Below are positions 11,461 through 24,799 of a stretch of DNA of 64,000 nucleotides, piece by piece (position 1 is the stretch's first letter; each line of letters starts with the position of its first letter). The stretch comes from Octopus sinensis (Eukaryota): the NCBI RefSeq assembly GCF_006345805.1, contig NC_043013.1, positions 20,212,001-20,276,000 of the forward strand. Direction: 5' to 3'. The notes under the pieces are model-generated. The model saw nothing but the letters and a program-made list of their open reading frames with translations, made no database searches and was not told the origin of the DNA. Made by a program: the position numbers and the translations under genes.

Positions 11461-12467
11461 AAAAAATCATCAAATTTATTCCATTTATGACCACCCTGTT
11501 TTTTTATCCCTTGCTACAGGGGGACTTGGGACCACATATTCTAATGTGTATTTTCTTGCAGGTTAATCAACCATGTAGAAGCTCCCTTGTTGGGTTGGAA
11601 GTAGGATTGTTTTGGTAGGTGGTGTAGTGGTGGGGTTCCTCGTAGCATTGTTGTTGCTGTTGTGGTTATGGAGGTGTAGTTGTGGTGTTGTCAATGTGGT
11701 GGTGTTAGTGTTGTGGGTGGTGTTGATTTGGCATCGGAGCTTGGTGATGTTGGTAGTGGTGTTGTTGGAGGTGGTATTAATTAATATAGTGGTGGTGTCG
11801 GTGGTGGTGATGTTAGTGTTGGTAATGTGGTGGTGGTGGTGGTGGTGGTATTGTTGATGGTATTCCGGTGTTGATATAGTTGTGCGAAGATGATGTTTTA
11901 AAGACAACATTATGTACGGTGATTGGTCCGTCTTTGACCCCCTGCCCTCCCCCTCCCCCCTGGAATTCATTATCTTTGTCCGCTTCTCCACCGGCACCCA
12001 TGTGTTTTATACACACACACACGCCTTCCCACAACCACACATGCACAATATATATATCATACTGGTTGATGACTTATCAACCTTTCTGGTCAGTTATTAG
12101 ACATTAATCACTCCGGTCTGTATGTCTCAGACTGTCTGTCTGTGATGGTAGGTAATGTTCATGAAGATAATGATGATAATGATGATGATATATATGTTAT
12201 ATATGTTATATATATTTTCATATACATGTCAACACACACACACACACACACACTTTTATTTATAGGTGTGTAAATATATGTTCATAAAATTGCCAATATA
12301 TTATATGTGTGTTTCTGTGTGTGTTCTCGCATTTATATTTAGTTACATGTATATAAGTAAATATACATCAATGTATATCTAGGAGTGAGTGAGTCTGTGT
12401 GCATCTGTTTGAGTAACATTTATAGATTGTGTGTGTATATATTTATATATATTTTATATTTCAACAG

Positions 12468-12507
<40 letters not shown>

Positions 12508-13499
12508 AGTAGTTCATGTATCTGACCAGCCATAACAAACAACCTTCTAAATAAATAAATAAATATGTGTGTGTGTGTGTGTATATACATACATATATAT
12601 GTATGTATATGCACACACACACATATATATAATATATGTTTATATATATATATACACTCATACATATACATTTATATTTATGTACACACACACATATATA
12701 ATGTATATATATATATATACACACATACATATACATTTATATTTATGTATATATACACACACACACATACTTATATATACACACATGTATGCATATGTAG
12801 AACTATATTAGTGGAGGGTATGTATATGTGTGTGGCTGTGCCTGTATATGTGTCTACACAGGTTATTCAATATGTGTGACCAACTGACTAGGTTTACAGT
12901 AACGACCAAATATAAGCTACAATTCTCGCCCTGCTGGCAAATATTTCTTATCTCTCAATATCAAAGAACAACAATTACTTCCCATCATGCCTTGCTGCAG
13001 ATTCCCATCATGCCTTGCTCTAGATATAATCGCGTTCAAACTTATAAAAGATCGCTTCCTCAATCATCAGATTATTTTTTCTGCAGAATTCTCTTGATAG
13101 ATTTTCATGCTCGATTTACACAGAACAAACCTTTCGTTGCTTTAAACCGATTCCAAATCTATCTTGGAATGTTTGGCTACCAAAACATACTGACATGTAT
13201 TTGGAAAATTGAACAGATTTCAGATAAAAGATATATATTGTTGAAAGAATTATTCTCTTAATCCCCCATCATTCATTCTGCTTTTGTTCCAAAATTTGTT
13301 GCCATTCTTGTTGTTAAATTGGCAACAACAACAACAACAACAACAACAGCAGCAACCATTCTGCAAAATTGCAGAATGGTTAAATAACTAAGGCAAGGAC
13401 CAAGATACTGTTACAGTTATAACTTTACATGCTGGGTTCAAACTGTGCTAAGCTCAAATTTAAACTTCACTCCTCTGGAGCCAAAAAGATTCAATTACA

Positions 13500-13664
13500 G
13501 ATATGTGTAAGTGTGGTTGGGTGGTAAGAAATTTGCTTCCCAACCACATGGTTCCAGGTTCAGTCCTTCTGAGTGACAAATTGGGCAAGTGTTTTCTAGT
13601 AGAGCTTTGGGCCAACCAAAGGCTTGTGAGTGGATTTTGTAGACAGAAACTGAAAGAAGCCTGT

Positions 13665-13715
<51 letters not shown>

Positions 13716-14245
13716 TTATCACGTGAAAGAACCATCCAAACGTGGCCATTGCCAGCACCGTGCCGGTGGCACGTAAAAAGCACCAACTGATCGTGGCTAT
13801 TGCCAGCCTCGCCTGGCATGTAAAAAGCACCCACTACACTCATGGAGTGGTTGGCGTTAGGAAGGGCTTCCAGCTGTAGAAATACTGCCAGATCAGAGTG
13901 GGCCTGGTGCAGCCTCCTGGCTTCCCAGACCCCAGTCGAACCGTCCAACCCATGCTAGCATAGAAAGCGGACGATAAACAATGATGATGATGATTTGTGT
14001 TTGTGTGTATGTGTGTGAGTGAGTGTGTCTTTGTGTATGTGTTTGTCCCCTACCACTTGAACTGGAGTTGGTGTGTTTACATCCCTGTAACTTAGCAGTT
14101 TGGCAAACAAGACAAGTAGAAGCAGTACTAAGCTTAAAAAAAATAAATAAATACTGGGGTTGATTCGTTCGACTAAAATTCTTCAACGTGGTGTTCCAGC
14201 ATGGTCGCAGAGTAACTGAAACAATTAAAAGCAGATAAAATATAT
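13500..14245 (+). mobile_element. SINE family A (head 13500-13665, body ~14020-14245) with a family B copy (13720-13995) nested in its internal microsatellite
   Basis: Head module, (TA)n, B module ending (GAT)n, then the A body GTCCC..GTGTTTACATCCCTGTAACTTAGC..CCAGCATGG. Confidence 0.75.
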
Positions 14246-14329
14246 GCATGTATATATATATATGCATATATATATGTATATATATATGCACATATATATG
14301 CATATATATATATACGCATATATATATAT

Positions 14330-14368
<39 letters not shown>

Positions 14369-14455
14369 TATATATGTATATATACATATATATACATACA
14401 TACCACACACACACACACACACCACACACACATATATATATGTATATATACATAT

Positions 14456-14488
<33 letters not shown>

Positions 14489-14491
14489 CAC

Positions 14492-14522
<31 letters not shown>

Positions 14523-14533
14523 GTATATATATA

Positions 14534-14622
14534 TGAGGAGTGTATGAAAAGTCTTGAGCCTCAAAAAAAAATCAAAAGAGGTTACAAGACATCAAGGTTC
14601 TAAACTTTTCATACAACCTGTG
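14534..14622. mobile_element. Very short Tc1/mariner-type MITE remnant
   Basis: Terminal inverted repeats AGGAGTGTATGAAAAGT / ACTTTTCATACAACCT about 90 bp apart, preceded by TA. Confidence 0.5.
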
Positions 14623-14680
14623 AATATATATATATGTACTCACAAGCACACGTGCCCCACACACACACATACACATGTGT

Positions 14681-14758
<78 letters not shown>

Positions 14759-15363
14759 CATATATATATATTATATACATATTATATTTACATTCACATA
14801 CACACCCATGCATGCTCCCACACATTTCTCATGTCTATTGGGAAGAACCTTTTGCTCCATTTTGCATTCATTTTTAGTGCATTTAGGCAAAAATTAAAGA
14901 ATTAACGTTTAAAAATACTGAAAATTCCATTCTGTATCTTGAAGCAGCATTTGTATATTTTTAAGATGCATATTCAATAATACTTGAAATAGGAAAAATA
15001 TAAAGCTACTACTCATAATTATCCATGATAATAATAATTTTGGAATTTTTCTCTCAAAAGCTGACAAAAACTGCATTAAAATTTTGTAGTCATTTACTAG
15101 AAATGCCAGCTACCCCCTGTGGTGTCTGCACTGAATATATTTTAAATTCCGAAGCCATATCTAATCTACCTGGTTTTGTTGGCATTGGTAGTTTAGTCTA
15201 AAAGAATTGTAATTCAATTCTATCATGTTATGGAATCTTATTCTTTGAAAAATCTTCTTTCTGCTGTGGAAATTTATGAAAGAACACTGTGTAAGCTGTA
15301 AGCTCTCGCTAGGAATATAATATCCATCTCTATATAGAAACATATATATATCATTATTTGTGT

Positions 15364-15409
<46 letters not shown>

Positions 15410-15879
15410 CTTTGATTTTGTGTCGAGTTATTATAAAAACAATTTAACATAAAACGGAAAAATTATTCAATACTTTTTGTAGAGTACAAGTTTACTATAC
15501 TTTTACAAGAAGACAGTAACTTCGAATCTTTGACCTTATTTATGCATGTGTGTGTGTGTGTGTGTGTGATTTCTATTTTTGTGTGATACCTTAATCAGCA
15601 TCAACATTTTAACGTCTACCTTCAATGCTGGCATGGGTTGGATGCTTTGTTACAGCATGAATCATGTCTACCTTTGGGATTCTACCATCCAAGGCAAGTC
15701 ATAAGACCGTGTTGTATTCTTCATGTTTGATTCATTTGCATTTTTTTTTATAGCAGGATGCCCTTCCTAACACCAACCACTTTACAGAGAGGCACTGGGC
15801 ACAATTTATTCTGGTACACCAGCACCAGGGAGATTGTCATGTTACTACAGCTAACTTCTCTTGTATATCTGGATCATGC

Positions 15880-16470
15880 AAAGTTTTTGCCCCATGGTCT
15901 GTCTACTCGTGGAGCCACTCATTAGGCCTTATAGGAACTTCACTTTATGTACACAGAATAAAATTCCTACTTCCCCAAACCAAGCTTAGTTACACGTGCT
16001 CTCACACACTCACACAAGATGGCAGTTTTTTCCTGTCCGACAATCACAAAGAAGAGTGCTACACTCTCAATTGGCTATGTAAACCAATCCTTGACACTGC
16101 AGGGTTTTTCTTCATGCCTGCCCTTCATGGTTTTAAAGTGAGAGTCAGTTTGCACAATCCTAACCTGCTCTTTAGATATGGAGGTCTGACCACTGTGGCC
16201 CTGTGGGCTAACAGAACTGCAGTGACCAGTAAGCTGTCGGTTTTTACACTGGAGTGGCCTTCTCCTTGGTGAATTGCCTTAGTGGACTTGAGAGCTTCTC
16301 CTACCCTAAGTTGCTAAAGGGGTGTCAAAGAAGACACCAGACTGCTTGAAGGGCCACCCATTTTGATTTGCTGTTGAGGTTATCTCCCTTAGCTGTTACC
16401 TTCCCCAAGGCTGTCACAGAACAGTGATGGTCTGTGCTTGGAGTCCTTTCTGTAATATGCTAACTAACCC
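15880..16470 (-). mobile_element. Possible decayed RTE-type LINE 5' region
   Basis: Minus strand has GGCAATTCACCAAGGAGAAGGCCACTCC, recalling GGCAACC..AGGAGAAGG of RTE 5' UTRs; no ORF support. Confidence 0.3.
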
Positions 16471-16477
16471 ACACTAG

Positions 16478-16620
16478 GGATGCTGACAGGTGCTATCACT
16501 CCAGGTCAGAGTAGATCTGGGAACAGTAGTGCCTAACAGATGGTTCCACACTCTTCAAAACCCTAGAACTCCCAAACAAAGGCCTTGCTACCAGATGCAG
16601 TTCAAAGCCACACAGGACAC
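16478..16620 (+). mobile_element. Dispersed repeat family F fragment (related copies near 7600, 41840, 52185)
   Basis: Shared GACAGGTGCTA.CACTC..GGTCAGAGTAGATCTGGGAACA.TAG core at four loci. Confidence 0.55.
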
Positions 16621-16626
16621 ACACAC

Positions 16627-16664
<38 letters not shown>

Positions 16665-16704
16665 CGCACACACGCACACACACACGCACACACACACACA
16701 CACA

Positions 16705-16756
<52 letters not shown>

Positions 16757-17164
16757 CACACCACACACACACACACACACCACACACACACACACAGACA
16801 CAAAATTTTTGAAAAATTTTTAATCTCTAAAGAAATCTTTGAGTGTTGCCAGCTGTTCAGAAAATGGTTGAATCCCAAGGTAATATTCCATTGTTTGTCC
16901 AGTTCTTCCTCGTATCTTCGTATTTATTGAACTCTGTTACAATTCTTCAACAAAAGAATCCGGTTCAGTGCTAGAATCTGATAACATTTAACATTTTCAA
17001 ATACAAAAATTTATTTTATTGTATTTCTATCCAAAAAAAAAAAGAATTGGAAAAATCTGTTTATTTTTACTGTTGGTACGATGAAATCGTTTTGGATATT
17101 TTGACATATTACTGTGCGTAGAAATGCCATAAAGTTGTGTGTGTGTGTATATTTATATATATAC

Positions 17165-17208
<44 letters not shown>

Positions 17209-17392
17209 TCACACACACACACACATATATGGTCCCACTCATGCTGGCATCGAAGGTAGACATTAAATGATGATGGTGATATATATATAAATATATATAC
17301 ATATATACACACACACACACATATATATATACACATACATATATATATATATATACACACACAAACATATACACATACATATATATATATAT

Positions 17393-17457
<65 letters not shown>

Positions 17458-18264
17458 TAATAGAAGACATGTATATAGTGTAACAAAGATGTCGATATAT
17501 ATAGTATGAGAAGTATGTATATCATGAGACATGTTTATTGTATGAGGTGTGTATATCATGCGAGATATGTCTATTGTATGAGGTGTGTATATACTGTGAG
17601 AGGTGTATATATATATATATATAATAGGTCTGTATGTGTGTCTATACTGTGGGTCACATGTGTTTACTATAAAAAGAGTGCATATAATGAAATAGGGATG
17701 TGTGCATGTACTTTAAGATTCCCATATGTATGTATGTGTAATATATATATATATATATATATGTGTGTGTATACATATATATATGCATATGTATACACAC
17801 ACACATATATATAATATATATATGTATAAATATGTACACACACACACACACGCACACAGACATATATATATATGCGTGTGTTATGGAGGGTTTTATAATT
17901 TTATTGTTCCCAAGTAAACAAAGAACTGATAAGGAAATATGAAAACTCTTTAACAAAAAACGATTAATCTTTGGAAAATATTGTTCTCACAGCAGCACAA
18001 CAATTAATCTCTACAGTGAGGAAGAAAAATGCTTATTAAGCATATATTTGCTACTTTGGTTATAATATATATGTGCGTGTGTGTGTGTTTCTATATGTGT
18101 GTATGTATTTATATATATATGTATATGTTTGTGTTTGCATATAAACATGGATGTGCATGTTTATATTTATGCGCACATGTATTAATGTATGTGTATATAT
18201 ATATATATTTATATTTGAATCTGTCTATCTGTGTGTGTATTTGTGTGTGCATGATTGTTGACAG

Positions 18265-18603
18265 AGCGGCTAACCGGCTTCCGTGCCAGTGACACATAAA
18301 AGGGCACCATTCGAGTATGATTGATACAAGCGTCGCCTTACTGGCACCTGTGCCAGTGGCATGTGTAAAAAGATTCGAGTGAGGTCATTGCCAGCACTGC
18401 CTGACTGGCCCCGTGCTCGTGGCACGTAAAAAGCACCCACTACACTCTCGGAGTGGTTGGCATCGGGAAGGGCATCCACCTGTAGAAACTCTGCCAGATC
18501 AAGACTGGAGCCTGGTGCAGCCATCTGGTTCGCCAGTCCTCAGTCAAAATTGTCCAACCCATGCTAGCATGGAGAGCGGACGTTAAACAATGATGATGAT
18601 GAT
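18265..18603 (+). mobile_element. Family B copy with (GAT)n tail
   Basis: Near-identical to 38095-38485. Confidence 0.8.
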
Positions 18604-19272
18604 ATATATATATAATGTAGTGGCTAGGATGTTGACTTACCATGGGATCAATTCCTAGACCGAACATTGCTGATATGGTACTACACTGCTGATAATGTCC
18701 CATGTTATTGATATGGTACCATACTACCAATATGTTACTATATGCCAATATAGAACTTTATTATCGATATGGTTCTATATAACCAACAAAGTACTATATT
18801 CCCAATATGGTTCTGCTTTGCCAATATGTTATTACATTGCCAATATATAACTATTGCCAGTGAAGTCATGGGTTGCGATCAGTGGTGTATGGTGGTTGTT
18901 GTGTTGAGTATATTGTCACACCCAATGCCACCAGATTTTATGCAGGGCTCTTACAAAATGTTTTCCATTAAGATTTGTGATTAAATTAATGAGTAAGGTT
19001 GATATTTATAATGAATTTGCCATTCTTGATAGGTGTGCAGTGCATACCTCGCACATACCTAGCACACCAGGAATATAAGCCCCTAGTTGTGTGTTCAACT
19101 TCACATCCTTAGGCGTTGGAGTGGCTGTGTGGTAAGTAGCATGCTTACCAAACACATGGTTCCAGGTTCAGTCCCACTGCATGTTACCTTGGGCAAGTGT
19201 CTTCTACTATAATCTTGGGCTGACCAAAGCCTTGTGAGTGGATTTGGTAGATGGAAACTGAAAGAAGCCCGT

Positions 19273-19320
<48 letters not shown>

Positions 19321-19322
<2 letters not shown>

Positions 19323-19548
19323 GGAGTAAACACATAAATGTGAAACAAGGTGGAAAAAAGAGTACTCAAATATCAGTGGTAGAGTAATATGCTTTATTTA
19401 AAGCAGCAGAAAATTCAACAAAACCTGTAACTCTGAGTTTCCCGTTGCCGTTCATCAGACAGTTTTTGCCAGCAAAAACTGTCTGATGAACGGCATCGGG
19501 AAACTCAGAGTTACAGGTTTTGTTGAATTTTCTGCTGCTTTAAATAAA

Positions 19549-19549
<1 letters not shown>
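19321..19549. mobile_element. Non-coding PLE-type fold-back: 78-bp inverted arms (19392-19469 / 19472-19549) plus a 71-nt unpaired tail
   Basis: Arms are reverse complements with one mismatch and a 2-nt spacer; flanked by (TA)n on both sides. Confidence 0.85.
19475..19521 (+). ncRNA. Minimal type I hammerhead ribozyme (inverse copy in the left arm, about 19420-19466)
   Basis: CTGT|CTGATGA|a-cg-gcat-cg-g|GAAA|ctc-a-gag|TT|ACAG: stem I CTGT/ACAG extendable by AAAA/TTTT, short stem II with a 10.1-11.1 mismatch, GUU triplet. Confidence 0.65.
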
Positions 19550-19600
<51 letters not shown>

Positions 19601-19620
19601 TTATATATATATTTATATAT

Positions 19621-20745
19621 GTGTATGTATATGTTTGTGTGTCTGTGTTTGTCCCCCAACATTGCTTGACAACCAATGCTGGTGTGTTTACGTCCCCGTC
19701 AATTAGTGGTTCGGCAAAAGAAACCGATAGAATAAGTACTAGGCTTACAAAGAATAAGTCCTGGGGTTGATTTGCTCAACTAAAGGTGGTACTCCAGCAT
19801 GGCCACAGTCAAATGACTGAAACAAATAAATAAAAAGAATAACATCCATCCAGTGTAAACTTTTGGCTTGCCACTTGACAAGATCTTACGTGTAGATCTG
19901 ATGGACCAGGTGCTGCTTTGATGCTAAATGACACGGCTCTCTAAGTTGAAATAAACATGAACAACAACAACAACAACATCTATATAGGTCTGTTGGATCA
20001 GGTCTAATCTGGGGCCAGACAACAGCACGGCTCTACGGAACCAAAGATTGCCTGGGGTTAAACACCCACAAAACAATATTGTCATCATACTCATTACACC
20101 TTCCACAAACAAAAGCTTTTACCAAAATCTAAGACCCGTTCCAAAAGATCAGAACACTGTCAATATGTAATATTGTTCAGGGTCTTTTTTTTAATTGATA
20201 TTTAAACAATATTCGGTGCAATACAAACTTTATACAACACTTATATTGTGAACATGTGAAAAGACATGGCTGTGTGGTAAGAAGCTTGCTTGCCATCCAT
20301 GTGGTTCCAGGTTCAGTCCCATTGCGTAGCATCTTGAGCATGTGTCTTCTATAATAGCCTCAGGTTAATCAAAGCTTTGTGAGTGGATTTGATAGATGGA
20401 AACTGAAAGAAGCTCATTGTATATTTTTATATATATATAATGATAAATGTCGCCCTTTTCAAGCCTAGTCAGGCTCATGGGCCCGGTTTCCCGGTTTCTG
20501 TGGCATATGTGCTCTCCCCAGCTTGACGGGACGCCAATCCATTGCAGCGTTACTCAAGAAACAGGAAGAGAGAGTGAGAGAAAGTTGTGGCAAAAGAGTA
20601 CAACAGGGGTCACCACTACCCCCTGCCAGAGCATCGTGAGGCATTTAGGTGTTTTCGCTCAATACATACACAACGCCCAGTCTGGGAATCAAAACCGCTA
20701 TCCTTCGACCCCGAGTCCGCTGCTCTAACCACTGGGCCATTGTGC

Positions 20746-20785
<40 letters not shown>

Positions 20786-20791
20786 TATATT

Positions 20792-20839
<48 letters not shown>

Positions 20840-21977
20840 ATTTATATATGTGTATGTATATGTTGTGTGTCTGTGTTGTCCCCCAACATTGCTTGACAAC
20901 CAATGCTGGTGTGTTTACGTCCCCGTCAATTAGTGGTTCGGCAAAAGAAACCGATAGAATAAGTACTAGGCTTACAAAGAATAAGTCCTGGGGTTGATTT
21001 GCTCAACTAAAGGTGGTACTCCAGCATGGCCACAGTCAAATGACTGAAACAAATAAATAAAAAGAATAACATCCATCCAGTATAAACTTTTGGCTTGCCA
21101 CTTGACAAGATCTTACGTGTAGATAGATTGATGGACCAGGTGCTGTTTTGATGCTAAATGACACGGCTCTCTAAGTTGAAATAAACATGAACAACAACAA
21201 CAACAACATCTATATAGGTCTGTTGGATCAGGTCTAATCTGGGGCCAGACAACAGCACGGCTCTACGGAACCAAAGATTGCCTGGGGTTTTAAACACCCA
21301 CAAAACAATATTGTCATCATACTCATTACACCTTCCACAACAAAAGCTTTTACCAAAATCTAAGACCCGTTCCAAAAGATCAGAACACTGTCAATATGTA
21401 TATTGTTCAGGGTCTTTTTTTTAATTGATATTTAAACAATATTCGGTTCAATACAAACTTTATACAACACTTATATTGTGAACATGTGAAAAGACATGGC
21501 TGTGTGGTAAGAAGCTTGCTTGCCATCCATGTGGTTCCAGGTTCAGTCCCATTGCGTAGCATCTTGAGCATGTGTCTTCTATAATAGCCTCAGGTTAATC
21601 AAAGCTTTGTGAGTGGATTTGATAGATGGAAACTGAAAGAAGCTCATTGTATATTTATATATATATATAATGATAAAGTCGCCCTTTTCAAGCCTAGTCA
21701 GGCTCATGGGCCCGGTTTCCCGGTTTCTGTGGCATATGTGCTCTCCCCAGCTTGACGGGACGCCAATCCATTGCAGCGTTACTCAAGAAACAGGAAGAGA
21801 GAGTGAGAGAAAGTTGTGGCAAAAGAGTACAACAGGGGTCACCACTACCCCCTGCCAGAGCATCGTGAAGCTTTTAGGTGTTTTCGCTCAATACATACAC
21901 AACGCCCAGTCTGGGAATCAAAACCGCTATCCTTCGACCCCGAGTCCGCTGCTCTAACCACTGGGCCATTGCGCCTA
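19621..21977. repeat. 1229-bp tandem segmental duplication (19621-20748 and 20850-21977)
   Basis: Same ordered content (A body, unique ~400 nt, A head, C SINE on minus) with only scattered indels and substitutions; junction in microsatellite. Confidence 0.95.
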
Positions 21978-22657
21978 CACACACACACACACAACACACA
22001 CACACACACACACACGCACACACAATATATATATATATATATATATATAGAGCATTGTTGTCATGTAGTGTCACACAATATCTGGTTGGTTGGGTTTTAG
22101 CTTGTTGACTGCTTCAATTTCTAAGTTCTAATAATATTCTTTGGACTCATCAGCGTCAATATATTAATGTATATATATATGTGTGTGTGTGTACATGTGT
22201 GTGTGTATGTATCTATGTGTGTGTTTCTAATAATAGATAATTATAGCATTACATATAATTATAAGCTATTACTTGTTAATTAGATCTAATTTATTTGCAA
22301 TAATTAGATATGATTATATCTCATTAAATATAGTTATGCATGATTATGTATAATTGTAGCTAATTATATAATAATTAACTATGTAATTATAGATAATTAT
22401 AAAGTCACCCTCTCACATGCGTACACACACACGCACCCACCCGCTCTCTCTTTTACACACACACACACACACATACACACCCATTTAGTCTCTCAAAGAC
22501 GACAGTGGACATCATAAAATATACATACCGAAATAACAAAACCTCAGCCAACATGATAAATGATCCCATGCCTGCAGCGAATCTCAATAACACCAATTTG
22601 AGGCCAAAATTAATTTCAGTGTATCTCTACTTTCCTGCAACAGATTCTATGAGGACA

Positions 22658-23045
22658 CTAGCAGTATCACCCGGCGTTGCTCGGGTTTGTTTCGACCCTT
22701 TAGAATTGGATTTTTTGAAAAGTAAATTTTTGCATTATGTAGCTTGTTATTCTCTTTAAGTGAACATTTTTACTGGTTGAAATACACCGAAAAATGGCGA
22801 CATAGCAGTCAAAAAATCGTAAAAAATAGGGATTTTCATTGAAAAAAACCCCAAAGTTTTGATGGAAATAATTTTTGGTCTTAATATCGTCCGATTTGAA
22901 TTTTTTCTTCGAAGGAATGAAGCACAAGCCTTCTTCTATCATACTCTCAATTTTGGTCATCTTTCCACCACATGGTCTCGGAGGAGATACAGTTAGTTGA
23001 AGGCTACCAAACCTGCCACACACCGACAACAGACAACACTTATGA
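22658..23045 (-). mobile_element. Non-autonomous Helitron
   Basis: Minus strand ends CCCGAGCAACGCCGGG (GC hairpin)-TGATACTG-CTAG|T; probable 5' A|TC at 23045. Confidence 0.7.
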
Positions 23046-23521
23046 TATCAGAATTCTGTTCTAAAGCAATGTCATATTTTGCAGATTCCTCAATATAGTT
23101 AAAGCTTTGGTTAGCATATTTCTGTTGAAATACACTGACTACTTTTTGATTCTTTTTAAAAATCTTGAATACTTTGGTAAAACAAACTTTGGTAATATTA
23201 TTAAATAGGTGTTTGGAACATAAATTAACACCAGACTTTGATGCAAGATTTTAGTTTAGATAACTTTAAAACAGGAAGTTTGGCATCATGTGGTTTGGTA
23301 TCAAAGGGGTTTTAAATATTCCTGGGAACGGCAAGAATGTAAGAATGACAGCTACAACATTTTGTAGAAGAAACCAGGAAAGGTCCTTCATGTCAGACTT
23401 GAGTAATAAAGTAAATGATTAATGGGAAGACAGCTATGAAGGAAAGGTACAAGAAGAGCTATGGAACGAAATGTCTTCAGTTAGAAATATTTAAGCAGCA
23501 GCAATGGTAGTAAGTATACAA

Positions 23522-23756
23522 AGGCGGCGAGCTGGCAGAATCGGTAGCACGCTGGGCGAAATGCTGAGCGGTATTTCGTCTGCCGCTACGTTCTGAGTTC
23601 AAATTCCGCCGAGGTCGACTTTGCCTTTCATCCTTTCGGGGTTGAATAAATAAGTACCAGTTACGCACTGGGGTCGAATTATCGACTTAACTCGTTTGTC
23701 TGTCCTTGTTTGTCCTCTCTGTGTTTAGCCCCTTGTGGGTAGTAAAGAAATAGGTA
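23522..23756 (+). mobile_element. SINE family D (Nin/Deu-domain type), intact young copy
   Basis: tRNA-like head, then GCCTTTCATCCTTTCGGGGTTGAATAAATAAGTACCAG (Nin/Deu-domain-like core); 3' end AAAGAAATAGGTA. Confidence 0.8.
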
Positions 23757-24189
23757 GTAAGTATAGAATTTGTTAAAAACCCTGATCAGTATGTCTGGCT
23801 TTGATACCAACTCAGTATGACTGTTGATAGTTAAAGGTCAGTTTAAAATACAGAAACTCGTAGCAATGGTCCTGTATATGTGCTGCTAGTTTTAGGTAAA
23901 GTGTGTGGAAAAGTGGAATAGGTTGATGGTTTCGTAATTGTTAAGTCATGCTTTTAAATCCCAGACTAGGTAGTGTGTTGTGCCCTTAAGCAAGGTTCTT
24001 CATTTTGCATTGCTGCAGTTCATTCAGCTGAAAATGAATGGCATCTACTACTGTACCACACAGATATTTAACTGTAAAACTTGCAAATACGGCCTTTAGT
24101 GGCTGTGACATACTGGATGACAAAAATGGTTTCGTGCAGAGGTTTTTAACCTTTTTCTCTCATGAATCCTTTCCTAGTACTTTTACCTG

Positions 24190-24450
24190 TGTGGCACATC
24201 CCCTAAACCCCACTTACAACTATAGCCCCCGTGTAAACCCTCTTTAAATCTGTGACTTCTTTTCTAAACCTCACATCTGTGGCTTCTTTCTAAACATGAC
24301 ATACCTCTGTGAGCTCTTTCTAAATCTCACTCACCTCTGTAGCCTCCTTCTAAACTCTACTTACATCAGTAGGTCCCTTCTAAACCCCACACATTCCTTC
24401 TAAACCCCACTTTTGAGGCTCCATTCTAAACCCTTCTTACATCTGTGGTT
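24190..24450. repeat. Degenerate ~30-bp minisatellite
   Basis: Recurrent C(C/T)TTCTAAACC.CAC..ACATCTGT units. Confidence 0.65.
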
Positions 24451-24799
24451 TGCAGATAGATATTATGAATTGATAATAAAATATTTAATATTCATCATGT
24501 TACTTATAACCGTATCATATAAAAACACAGTTTACAGCAGTTTAAGTATGTATTTTAATGATAGATTTAACAGTCTAAGAAATATATTTCCTAGAATGAT
24601 ATTAAAAAAATGGTTTTTGTTATTTTTTTTTTATTCAAATCATCATTTTTGTTGTTAGTATTGTCATCATCATCCTTGGCACAGATTGGATGGGTCGAAT
24701 TTTAAAAATAATTATGATAATTGATAACAGAATTGGTGACATTTTGTTTGAATCTTGTATCTCATATACCATCTCGTTTTCAGGAGTTTATAGTTGCTG

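Larger units (their letters stand above)
19111..19842 (+). mobile_element. SINE family A split by a hammerhead fold-back inserted in its internal (TA)n
   Basis: Head 19111-19275, (TA)n, insert 19321-19549, (TA)n, body ~19635-19842. Confidence 0.8.

Noticed and set aside
11550-11561. Strong acceptor-like TTTTCTTGCAG (and others near 22640, 42540, 51610) as upstream myosin exons
   Set aside because: No matching donor or coding signal identifiable without transcript data.
13026-13078. Hammerhead-like CTGATGA..GAACGCG on the minus strand
   Set aside because: GAAA core incomplete, no NUH triplet, stem II does not pair.
12830-13261. 143-aa ORF
   Set aside because: Starts in microsatellite, no recognisable motif, and contains an 18-nt tandem duplication.
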